Assembly: GCA_964057225.1 (NCBI GenBank)
Contig: OZ059898.1
Span: forward strand, 13,640,001 to 13,704,000
DNA: 64,000 nt
From: Auanema rhodensis
Taxonomy: Eukaryota; Animalia; Nematoda
Reading direction: 5' to 3'
The notes under the pieces were generated by a model, which was not told where the DNA came from, did no database searches, and saw nothing but the letters and a program-made list of their open reading frames with translations. Of the stretch, positions 51,541 to 64,000 are shown in pieces (the stretch's first letter is position 1; each line of letters starts with the position of its first letter). A program made the translations under genes and the position numbers.

Positions 51541-54500
51541 ATGTCAATCTATATTTTCGTCATTCAACTCCTGCTGAGTTCTGTGTCTTCTCTAGAACTA
51601 CGTAAGTTTCTATTCTTTTATTTCTTCTTTGAAAAGTATTTATCACATGTATATCTCATCCAAATCTATTCTTTTTTCTTCTTCTTCTGATAATTTGATT
51701 AAGAAATAGTGATAAGACGAAGAACTTATGAATTATTATCGCTCAAATGAACACATGTTCTTAATTGTTTCCTTAACTATACATATATAGTTAGATAGAA
51801 TTCTTAGGCTAAAGAAAGAAAAAGCAATATCATTTACATTTTTTTTTGTTTTCCGATCGTTATGTGTGTAAATGAATCAGAAGTATATTCACGGTTTATT
51901 AGCATATATAAGCTGTTAAATGGATAGATTACTAGCTATCCTTCGGGAGATATTCTTTCATTTTTGCCGACACACATAGCTACTTCAAGTCTTTCAACAA
52001 ACAATGCCCTCAGGGCTTCTGAAGTGTGAAGTGAGAGTAATGATCTGATATAGAGAAACATTCACATATTCTTTTTTCCATTTTTGTCTAAAAGGAGCCT
52101 AGATTTTTTTCTATCGAAAAATATAACATAATTCTTCAGTCGGGAGAACAGACGATGAGTATCAACAGATGCACGCAGTGAATACGCAAGTGCTCTCACC
52201 ATTGCGTGTGACCTCGAAAACAGCTCGATTTTCTCTCATCTGACAGTGATGCTTCTATATTCTCGCTTTTGGAACGCTAGTTCCATAAGGTGTGAAGAAC
52301 ACATGCTACCTGTTTATCTATTTCTGTCACAAAGTTCGCACTCATCTCTCAAACTTGCAAAAGCTTTTAAGCTGTCAGTTCTAACAGCAGGAAGATGATA
52401 TGTGAAAACGGAAGCCAACTGTTCCGGACACGGTCAAAGACTAGCCGCCTGAAGTCTTTCCGGGGTCGAAGCGCCTTGTGAGTCAATCGTTTTCTCTACT
52501 TCATCTATCTTCAACTCCTGTGCTCATTAAAAAAATTGAGAGAGTAGCTGTATTCAGAGAGGAATGAAGAGAGATAGAGAGAAAAAACAGGATGAAGGTG
52601 ACAGGAAGAGGAGATGCAACAGTCTAAGAGTAATACAGTCGAATTTTTGTCTCCACACTTCCGTCGTCATCCATCATATATCTGTCACTAGGCAATATTA
52701 CAAAATTTATTTTGAAGATAGATAAAGCTCTTTGGAATAAAGCACTTCAAACAGTCGGCCGATTATTATCATAAAGCTGTCTATAGCACTTAGACGTCAT
52801 CCTTGTTGCCGTCGTTCTGACCAGCTTTTTAGAACCGGGGATTTCATTTTTTGTTTTAATGAAAGATCAACAAATTAAAAAGGAAAACGAAGCGTTGTTG
52901 ATGACCATATGATCTTATGAATTCTTAAAGTCTTAAAGTCGATATTAATGAGATGATGTTGAGGATGTTGATGAATAGCAATAAGTAAATCTCTATCAGA
53001 ATCTGGATTTACAGAGTGAGTAAGGTGAATGACCTCAGCTATTTATCTTTCAATCATCATAACTACTAACTTATCTATGTCAGTCTAAAAAGTTGTCAAA
53101 ATAATTTATTTGTTTGTTTACCTCACTCACTCATTCATCAACAATTCTTATCTCAGACGGAAAAAAAGTTATTTATGATTATAGATATGTAAAACTACTT
53201 TTACACTAAATATTTAAATAAGAATGTTGTAAATCAAAACAGAGATGTTAAGGTGTGAACTGTTTATAGTAGAATATACATATAGTATAGATGTATTCAA
53301 AGAAAACAGAAAGAGAGAGAAAGAGAAAGAGAGAGAGAGAGAGAGAGAGGTACTGTTTCAAATATGATTTACAACCTTAGAAAAAACATTCTCATCTTCC
53401 TTAAGAAGGCGAAGAAAGGGAACGTCTGGCCTAAAATACTGTTTTTTTATGTTTATTGGTACTTGCTGTCATGTTGTTTTGATTGTTCTAAACCAAAGAC
53501 GGCACAGTGATTCAACATCGCGATTGTGGTCATAGTAACTCAATTTCACATAATACTCATATACGATATGAGGTTTTTGTCTGGAAAAATTGGAGAAGAG
53601 TAAGATAGAGTTACATATGATCAGTCATCACATCAACAAGCAACTATAGTTAGCTAGCTATATCGTTTAGTAAATGAACTCTGATCTTCATGATAGTAAG
53701 TGAACAAGTTTCTTGGATTTGGCCTCTTCTATGTCTTACTGTACATTTCTTAGATATGTTTGTAGAAGCCATATTTGGGTTTGTTCATCAACTTCTTCTT
53801 CAATCTGACTTACATCTAAGAGTTCCTAGTCTCTTAAGTAAATACCAAAACACAGAAGTCGGCAACATTCTTAAGACAAATGTGTGATTTTTGGCACAAA
53901 AATCTTAAGATTCTTATCATATCTCACTTATATCCTTATATGCCATTCAAGGAGTATATTTACTAGATTATAATGACGTAACATATAGCTAATCGTCGGT
54001 GTATATCAAAGGCAATTATTATTATTTCTATCCGGAAATTGTGGATTAGCATATAAACTACTGTGTGTGTGTGTGTGTGTGCTCCTTTTCCAAGCTCATA
54101 GCCTATCAACTGTTTCTAACAGGGGTTTACTGCTCCTTGTGAAAAAGAGCAGGTTGAGTCTCAGATTCGGTTGACTGCAAGAGATGCGTATGTTCATCTC
54201 TTGGACCTAATTCCTTCATTCGGTCAACCAAACAATAGAAGTCATGCGAAAATCAAATAGAACATCTAGCTAACTACCGTGGGTGAGCAAATGAAGATGA
54301 ACCATCCACATCCTCATCATGACAATCATCATCATCTTTTTTCATCTTCGACACCATTATTCGTTATGAGACCATGAGGGCTTTTAAGACAAAATATTCA
54401 TTTTTCCAATGAAAATTTATTTCAATTCTTATGTTCTTTAGTCCACAGAAATTTATTTGAGTTGCTCAGAAATGAATTTTAATTGAAAAAGCTTGTGAGT

Positions 54501-57500
54501 CGTCTCATTCATCAGAAGGTTAGAAGGTCAGCATTCTATAAACCTATCTACTCTCACTCCATCCTTTGCTCTCTTTCTCTCTCTCTTCTTATGCCTTTTA
54601 AGGTTTGTATTGTATTAGAACGACTACAAAGGTTTAAGAGTAGGAATCAGAGAAGGGGGATTAGAACCCAGATGCATCAAACAACAGCAGTATCTAACAG
54701 TGCAAATGCTTCGAAGATGTTTGTCTGAGTGCTCCTACCCAATCTGGTATTAGAACCTAATGAACCATATATGGAACATGTATTTGTATGTACATTTAGC
54801 AATTGTTTAAGAATTTCAAAAGCATACTTGATGTTTGAAGTTATTTTTTCGCTTTGAGACTTCAGTTTCATCAAATTCGAAGAAATCATTTGGTTGTATA
54901 GTTTGTTGAAACTCTAATTTTACAAATTCATTCAATGAAAATAATAAAATAAACTGGAATTTCAAAATACAGAAAGAGGGAGAGAAAGATTTAAGAGTAA
55001 TTCTGATTTTACGATTGAAAATCTTCATGATTACTTTTGGGATCGTTGTTATCCAAATCCTAACATCATTTTCATCGTAAATTCAGAAGTCATTTAGAGG
55101 AGTAAATCGCCGTCCTTGTGCGTTGGTCCATCATCAAATTTTCCAAAATTTCTGCCATATTAGCCTTTTAGACAACTGTTTCTAGCTATACATATACACA
55201 CATATATATATATAGGTATTGAGGGCTTTTAGCTCGTAAGGATTATAGAATTTTACGATGTTTCTGATTAATTATAAATGAGATTTTAATGTATTTTTGG
55301 GCTTTCATCGTTTATGACCTCGTGTTTCCTATCTCTCCTTCTGTTATAGCAATGAATTACAAGAGAATATCCATATATATAAGAGGTCAAATTGATTCAA
55401 AATGACCTGAATGATGATGCAATAGATGAATATAAAACCCAGGGGGGAAAATCTGTTCATCGATATGGCAGAAAAATCATTTTTCATCAAAAAAAAAATC
55501 AAAAAAATAACATGAAAAGGCTTTTTGTAATATGATGCTTATAAGATACATATGTATGTATAAGTAAAGAGATGATATGTAAATATTGTTTTTGAAAATT
55601 GTAATTGTACCGTTGAAGCGGTAAAAGTTCAAAAAGAAGATACCGAAGTCAAGTGGAAAATGATCTTCTGTTGGCATGTCGGTCACTATACGGCTATTTG
55701 GTCATGACAGGTGAAGCATCTGCTCTAAACTCATAAATCTGTGAAAGTATTCTATAGACCTATATAGGTATTAGGTTTACGTAAAAGAAAAGTATATCAT
55801 TGCTAGCTTATCCTTATTTTTTCCAAATAGTTCATTGGAGGGAAGAGAAAAAAGAAATTTTTGAAAAAATGCAACCGCTTTGTTGACTTTATAAATCAAA
55901 AATGACTTCATTGAGTGCACGCATACGTATGAATATTCTAATTTTGTGTATTTATTGCAGGAGGATGCAACCATCCCCTAGGAATGACTTCTGGAGTTAT
56001 TAGCGATTCTCAGATTACTGCATCATCCTCGTTTGATGAAGAAAGTACCGGACCTCAACACGCTCGGTTAGTTTTCAATTTATTAATTTATAGGATTGAG
56101 TATATCATTGCATAATACTCAGCCAACTGTCAGCGTCTTTATCTTTGTAATTAGCAACGGAATTCCGTTCGACAGCCACTTCTAACAAGGGGAAGGATTG
56201 AAAGAACAATAATATAAATATAATTTATTCCACTTCATTGAATGACGTGAGAAGGTCTTCATTTGAGTCAAGACAATCTTACAACTGATAGAGTTATATA
56301 GAATGAACATATGGTCACTTGTTCGTCGTCATCGTCTTCTGAATATGCCATTCGCTCCGTCGGTTGTCTCTTCTTCTATCCTTTTCTTTTTGCTCTAAAT
56401 CTCAGTTGAATTCCTTTCCATCCAAGATGTCATTCTATCTTCTTGGATCTCCAAAATCGTCATTCAACCATGTCAAACACAATTAGCTCGATCTATGAAG
56501 GATTCATACAAGAGCAAGTCATCAGAAGATATGAGAAGATTTTCTTTGATTTGTTGTTGACAAGCCTGTCCAAAATCAGTATGGTCAACAGATTGTTGTC
56601 CTATACGCTCTCATCAGCCTAAATAATGAGAATTTGCTTCATTACTGATCACAAAATTACTACAGGGCATAAGTACTCTGTTCTGTATTTTCTAGCCTTT
56701 TAAGTTACAATCCGAGTTTTGCTTATGGGGATTTGAAGGGAACTACTGCAGCATGGCAAGCAGAAAGATCCGTAGAGCAGCTGATGAGTAATATGTGAAG
56801 CGGGAAGACATAAAAAGAGAAACTTTCTAGTATATGGGTCAAACATCTTATTAGCAACATTTTTCATTCATTTTTGGCCATCAAGACACGGAAAAGCCGC
56901 CTGGATGTGCTTAATTGAATGGCACCCATCGGAAGTGGCTAGGCTGAAAAGGGGAAAAAAGATGTTTCCTAATAGACTAATGACAGGCTTTTGCTAGCAA
57001 CTGTTAACTCTGACCATATGGATATAGTTCCGTTCAATAAAAAAAAATATTCAAATAATTTTTTCAGATTACGTCTTCAAACTGGCAGCGGAGCATGGTG
57101 TCCTCTTCATCAGATAAATTCCACAACAAAGGAATGGATTGAAGTCAACTTCAATCAAGATATGGGTATGACATAGCTAATCATACGGTATTCCAGTAAT
57201 ACATAATTTTGCTTTTAGTCATCTCTGCTGTTGAAACAGAAGGAAGATACGACAATGGTCGTGGTATGGAATATGCAAAAGCTTATTCTATTGAATACTA
57301 TAGAAGTAATTTGGATTCTTGGGCATTATATCGTGGAAATAATGGAAAACATGTATGTTGTTCTTTTTTTCTTTTTTTTTTAAATATGCTATATGGTTAA
57401 TTCCATATTCTCAAAGAAAAAAGTCGTTTTTTTCTTTCCGGGATTTCTTCCCATTCAGAAGAAATGTCATCGTTATATCGTTTGATGCCGATATATACCG

Positions 57501-60500
57501 ACAACCTGAGTGAAGTGAAGTTCAGATGATGATGATGATGAGTTGTCATAAGAAATGCAGAACAAATGTTCTTTCTATTCATTTCGATGTGAGTGGGAAG
57601 AAAAAATAATTTTCTTTTTTTTTGTTTTGTGAAGGGAATCAAGAGAAGAGAAGAGAAAAAGAGAGAGAAAGAGGGAGAGAGTGAAAGAGAAATGATACAA
57701 TATAGGAGAACAAGATGTTTCTTCTGATTTATATTGAGTTTCTTGAATTTTCAATTAAATCCAACAGCAAGACAGATGTACGAATGCATATGTGGTTAAG
57801 CTATTTTCTTCTATTTTCTTTGAAAAGAAGGAAAAATTACAACCAGTTACCAACAGATGAGGAACAAGTAGTTTACAGTCCTGTTACTGTCTCAGTTATG
57901 AGCAGCTGGGGACGGCAGAAACCTTATACGGATAAAGAAACCATCGGCTACTTTGTGGATTAAACGAAAGGTCATTTTCACGATAATTCTTGTCACAGGT
58001 CACGCAATTAAAGGGAAATGAAACAGTATAGAAAAGTCTTTTAAGGTAGCAATGATGAGGGATAGTTAATACCGATCCCAGCTTATGCATAACATTCTCA
58101 AATAAAATATAATTAGCATAATTAACTAAAATAATCATCGTCACCTGTTCATTTCTGAATACGAGCATGGTGCGAAAAAAAAGAGAATCATTTTTTCCCA
58201 GATCTTTTGATGTTTTCAAAAGAGAGACATTTGAACAGCTTTAATACGCCTTTCTTTCAAGATTTTCTAAAGTCCTTGACCAGGCGCTAAATGCACTTAT
58301 CATACATGCATCGTCTGCTTCTGGGTGCTTTTTAATTCTTTCTGTCGTCAAACAACAAAGAAAAATGTTGATTGTCATCAATCATGCTATAAGATTGAGA
58401 GGGCTTGGAGTTAAAGAACATAGCAGACCCTTAAGTAGTACTGAATATCAATTCTGTAATTCTCTCTTTCTCTCTCTCTCTTTCTCTTACTCTCATTCTC
58501 TCTTGTCCTCTCATAAGGACTGTATTCTGTTGTCAGCTGTGTATTTGAAGGATTGAGAGATTGAGAAGGAAGGGAAACAGAAAGAGCAAGAAAGATAGAA
58601 AAGGAAATGGCACTTTTTATGTTGACGTCATCTGGTCATCATGTCTTGTTCTCGTCCTCCAGAATTCATAATCACGTTTTAAGCGAGAGAAGTACAAGAT
58701 AGAGAGGGAGAGAAAAGGATGTGGTTTGACCATTACAATGCTAAAATCATTGATTTTGAACAGAATTGTGACATGAGAAGACACAACAGACATCAGGCTT
58801 CTGTCTCATCAGGCCAACTAGTTCATAGTCCTTATCTATTCAGAGAATTTTTGAAGGGCATCATGAGCGATATGAGTAGACAAGAATGAATATCATACCA
58901 GATGTTATACATGCATATATACAGTTCATCATCATTATGATTTGTGAAGAAAACATTGTGAACAATGAGATTTTCATGACATGATACGTCAATCTTCTGT
59001 CAATTTGCCAGATTACGTGAGAATTTTGATGGCAATTTCTATTCCAAACTATGATTGTTTTGAGGGAAACTGTGAAGAGTTATATGAACCTATTATTCAA
59101 ACTTCAAATAAAATAGTTGAAGATTAGAAGAACCTATATGACAGAAGCTCTTTTGACGGCTTCTGTCTTCTAATAATGAGCAGAAAATCCGTTGATTACA
59201 GTTGCCGTTCTTCGGTTGCTTTCTAGCATTGAGATCAAAGCCACGGGTCACTAAACATCTTAATCCCGTTATGGTTCAGCGTTTTACCTTTCAATTGCCA
59301 AAAATCTCAGAAATCTCATTCATTACCATCTGATCTAAAGGTTAAGACAGAAAATACGTCAGAAGCGGATTAACTTTTCTTCTAAAAGACTTCATGATCG
59401 TGAGGATAATGTTACGATTTGTCAGATGACGCAATAAATGATCTGAGCAATACCATACTAAGGATTATAAGACGTCAAACAGAGCATATCGTTCAATAAA
59501 TTTATTATTTTTATAAAAAAGAAAGATAATAAATCTTATAAATGAATAAAATATATTTTTTTATAGTAAATAAATCAAAATAATTTCAGATTATTCCTGG
59601 AAATACTGACACTCTCACAGGAGTATTAAGAGTATTGAATGGAACTATTATTGCTCGTAAAATTCGAATAATTCCCATTTCAAATACTACAAGAACTGTT
59701 TGTCTTAAATTTGAGATTTATGGATGCCCATATAGAGGTAAATTTTTTCTTTTTAAATGTTCAGAAAAAAAAGGTGAAATGCAACCGATAACACGAAGAA
59801 AAATATGTAAAAATGCGAATTATGAATTAATTTTACGTGAATGACGTGAAAATAATAATTATATATCTTAATATGCTAATTTTCAATTTCAGATATTGTT
59901 GAATCGTATTCCATTCCAATAGGATCATTTTCTGATGGATTACTCCTATTAGATAATACTTATGATGGAAAATTTGAAAATAAAATGCAAAAAGGTGGAA
60001 TTGGCAAGCTATTTGATGGTATGATTGGTCATGATGATTTTGAACATCATCCACAAAAATGGGTTGGATGGCACAAAGAACCAGAAACAGGTAAGATTAT
60101 AAAACAAAAATAGTTTTTTCTGAGTCATCTAATACAATTCTTTTCAGAATTTATTCCATTATTCTTTACTTTTACTTCTCGTCAAAATATTTCGTCAATT
60201 CTTATTCATACAAGCAATCAGTTTAATCAATTGGCACCAGCTTTTGCCTCAGCTTCTATCTCATTTTCACTTGACGGAAACAATTTTTCCCGAAGAACAG
60301 TTCATTTTCAATATAAGAAAGATATGAAATTTGAAAATTCACGTTGGATTCGTATACCAATTCCTGATCGTATTGCTAAAGCTGTTGAGGTTCGCATGAT
60401 TCTTTTCTAATTTTATTAATTATATATTGTATTCAGGTTAAATTATATTTCCAAGAACAAGCTACATGGCTTCTTATTTCTGAAGTCAAATTCGAAACAA

Positions 60501-62138
60501 ACAGAATTATTTTTGAAATTTCTGATGAAGGATCTCATGAAGATTTCGTTTTACATCACGTAACTGAGAGTGAGCCAACTGATCCTATGAGTATTCATGC
60601 ATATCGTAAGAAATTCATATAGTTAACGTTGATTTATTCAAAATATTTCAGTTCTTTCTTTGGCTATTTTCTCTTTTGTTATTGTTTCTTGTGTCATTTT
60701 CCTGATGAAGCGACGTGATAGAAGAGTTAAAGCATCATCTCCAGCACCAACCTTATATAATCGACGAAAATTAGAAACTTTGATTAACTATAACGGAACA
60801 AGAGTAAGCTTTATCTCAAGTTTAGACTTTTTAATTTCAAAAATCTTTTAGACTATGACAACAACTGTCTCAGGATATGAAATGACAAGAGAAAGTATGC
60901 CTACTTTATTAGAAAAATATCCAATTCTTGAATCACTTGAATCAGAATATGCGGAACCTGAAATGATGTAAGAACCTGTAAAACTTTAAAAAGTTACCAA
61001 AATATTCTGTTTCAGTTGTGGAAATATATATAATCCTTTATTATCTTCATTCTATACAACTGATGATACATTACCTATGGATTTTAAGAAATCGTAAGTT
61101 TTATTTCATAAAATTTGTGGTAAAATGAAAATATTACAGTAATCCTCTATCTTCATTGGTTAAATATTCTGATTATGGAGAAGTTTATACTACTACTCTT
61201 CCTGAAATTGATAGAAATAAGCTGGAGTTTGTGGATAAAGTTGGACAAGGAGAGTTTGGAGAAGTTCATCTCTGCCGTCTGGAGAACCGCCTTGTTGCTG
61301 TCAAACGGCTTCACAGTACCACCGAAGAGGATGAGATGGCTTTCCAAAGGGAGATTCGTGTTCTTGGAGCTCTGAAGCATGCTAACGTTGTTGAAGTTAT
61401 TGCTGTTTCTACTATTAACAAGCCTATTCTCTGCGTAATGGAATACATGACTAAGGGAGATTTAAAATCATATCTTTCAACACTTCCGGAAATAACATCT
61501 TCATACTGTATATCTGTGTGTACTCAACTTGCTGCTGGATTGGCTTATCTGGAATCATGTAACTTTGTCCACCGCGATGTTGCTGCTCGTAACTGTCTCG
61601 TTGATGACGATGGAAATGTAAAAATTGCTGATTTTGGAATGGCTCGATCATTATATTCATCTGAATATTATAAAGTTGGAGGTGGAAACTTTGTTTTACC
61701 AGTTCGTTGGATGTCTCCAGAAGCACTTTTCATGGTTTGTCTTGAGTACTTTTTATCCTGTTTAATGCTAATCATATCTTTAGGGTAAATTCTCATCAGC
61801 TTCTGATGTCTGGTCATTTGGAATTACGATGTGGGAAATATTTAATAAGTGCCAACTTCGTCCATTCAATCATCTTTCTGATGATAAAGTTGTTCCAAAC
61901 CTTCAAACAATTTGTAGTACAGGACGAATAGAGGTAATAATTTGCTTAAAATCTGATCTTTAAACTATTCTTCTCAAATTTTCAGAATTCACTTTCTTGC
62001 CCATCACTATGCCCTCAAATATTGTATCATCAGTTACTGCTAAGATGCTTACATCCATCTGCCACAGCTCGACCAAGTTTTGCTCTGATTCATCTGAATC
62101 TTCAATCATTTATCCATTCAAACAAAATCAATTTATAG
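51541..62138 (+). CDS. ddr-2: Discoidin domain receptor tyrosine kinase
   Basis: Exon 1 (51541-51601) encodes MSIYIFVIQLLLSSVSSLEL. Exon 2 (55961-56066) encodes GCNHPLGM...ITASSSFDEESTGPQHAR. The discoidin motifs GSGAWCP..QINS, ETEGRYDNGRGMEY and SNTTRTVCLKFEIYGC follow, then a TM segment at ~60652-60705. The kinase has VGQGEFGEV, VAVK, HRDVAARN, DFG, LYSSEYY and VRWMSPE. Stop TAG at 62136-62138. Matches recalled DDR-2 motifs (LELR.C..LGM, STGPQHAR). Confidence 0.92.
53312..53349. repeat. Imperfect (GA)n microsatellite in ddr-2 intron 1
   Basis: GA run with AAA interruptions. Confidence 0.85.
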
Positions 62139-62461
62139 TTAAACTTATATGATATATTTAGTGTAATTCATTATTCTAACGTGTTTGTTCTCTTTCATCC
62201 AATTCAAATGTCTACAAAAATTTTATTGTTTTTTTAGTTAATTTCAATTTGCTAGCTAGCTTTCTTCCAAGATAAGCTCTCTATTCCAAATACGGTTCAA
62301 ATCATCAGTGATCTAATTATCTATCCATGTCCGTTAAATATCTTTTAAGGACGTTTTCTATGTATTTATTTTTTTAATTATATATTGTATGTACATAATT
62401 TGTAAACAAACTTTCATTTCAACTTTATAAGTTTCAAATATTAAAAAATAAAAATTTTATT

Positions 62462-64000
62462 TCAATCATGCTGTGTTGTATATGATCGAACAAGCTTAGA
62501 CACTTTTTTATTTGACGAATCCGAACTTCGTCTCTCATGAACGTCATGCTCAAGCTGAAAAATCCTTTTCTTAGCATCCGTACCAAATTGCTGAAATATG
62601 TTATAGAGAATACTATATGTATTATTAAATATTAGAAATACATTAATTCTTGCTTCTGTTTCTGTGAGGGAATTTTCAATTTTTTGAATAATCTTTTCTA
62701 ATTGAACAAGTTGAAAATCAATATCAGCTTCAAGATCAACTTCATCTTCTTCAACAACATTTTCATCCAAAAGATTATCTTTAGCTAATAATTCTTTTCC
62801 TGTAATATTAAAATAATTTTAAAATATTCAACGTTATGAACAAAACCTTTCAACATTAATGATTCCATAGCATCTGGATACTGTCGTAAAGATTCCCACA
62901 GGGCATTCTTTGATAGAACATATAAATCTGAATATCCAACAGAGCGTACATTAGCTGTACGTCTATTTCCATTCTTATTTCCTGGAATATTGAGGATTGA
63001 TAGTTCACCAAACACAGTTCCTTCAGCAAGTTGAACAAAGACCTGAATATATTGCGATTGAAACATTTATTTGAATATTTCTACCTTGAGACCATCTTCT
63101 GATACAACTTCTACTGATCCTTTATTAACTATATACATTTCAGTTCCAACTTCACCTTTGTTACAAATATAGTCTTTAGGACTGTATATTCGACGCTCCA
63201 AGCGTAGGATAAGTTCGTAGAGTAAGCTCAAATTACAATCCTGTAGGCAGAAATAAAATATTTAAAATGAATAATTGAAGATACACCTCAAATAACTTGA
63301 CTTTTCGAAGTGTTTCCATGTGAATATGAACAGCTAATTGACCATAAAGTCTTGGAGGTAAGAACTCAGCAATTTCCTGTTTGAGTGGATTGATTCATGA
63401 AAAGAAAAAGAAGAGATGGAAATTACAGATTCATCAACTTGAGCTCCACCATGAGTCCACATATACGAGAAATAATCTATAGCTTTTCGTTGTAAAATTG
63501 GATGAACTTTTCTATAAAATAATTATAGAAACACTTGAAATTATATAAATGAAGTACCTGTATACCATAAACCTTTTACATCCATCTAAATCTTCTTCAA
63601 ATTGTGATCTTTTCAAATTCATATTATAAACCATATTACCTTTATAAGTTTTCATTGAACAGAAATAATTAATAAGAATCATACCAATATCTCCGACAAT
63701 CACAGCAAATATAACCAAACCAAGTAATGTATCTCCGATTTCAAAAGCATTTTGAAATGTTGTATTAGGCCACGGCTTCAAACAGCTTTTTAATTCAAAA
63801 CTTTTATAAAGTCAAATCAAAAAACCTGTTCTCCAAGTGTGACAAGAGTCAAGGCTGACCAATAAAAACTTAAACCATATTGCTTAGTAAAGTTACTGAA
63901 CTCAACAGCTTTCATTCTAAAAATAAAATATTTCTTTTAAATATTGAAAAATCAAAAGAAAATTCATACTTTGTACCCCAATACGATACGGATTTGTTGA
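62462..64000 (-). CDS. che-6: Cyclic nucleotide-gated channel subunit, 3' part (pore, C-linker, CNBD); 5' end lies beyond the window
   Basis: Pore [19 protein letters not shown]6 [24 protein letters not shown]-linker HGGAQVDE and FLPPRLYG, and [37 protein letters not shown]. The CNG family is certain; the che-6 paralog assignment is from memory. Confidence 0.8.

Noticed and set aside
60786-60797. TAACTATAACGG, matching the start of the LSU rRNA / I-CeuI site
   Set aside because: Only 12 nt, inside a ddr-2 exon (INYNG), with no other rRNA similarity.

Overview
AT-rich eukaryotic DNA from a rhabditid nematode (Caenorhabditis-like), with short ~45-55 nt GT-AG introns, TTTCAG acceptors and many (GA)n tracts. 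All gene models were spliced by hand from the sequence. In order: tandem Otx-type K50 homeobox genes ceh-36 and ceh-37 (minus) with long regulatory flanks; two small orphan genes; a GT10 alpha-1,3-fucosyltransferase; two secreted Cys-rich genes; a 7.6-kb cassette; a long gene-poor stretch; the discoidin receptor kinase ddr-2; and the 3' part of a che-6-like CNG channel. The cassette is the most striking feature. It holds four near-identical copies of an 86-aa secreted peptide gene with 10 mature Cys and no family I recognise, which the ORF track shows only as its antisense shadow. The copies form two head-to-head pairs that bracket a serpentine chemoreceptor and a protist-type lysozyme, and their variants show mosaic gene conversion. 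Orthology calls rest on recalled motifs, not on database searches.
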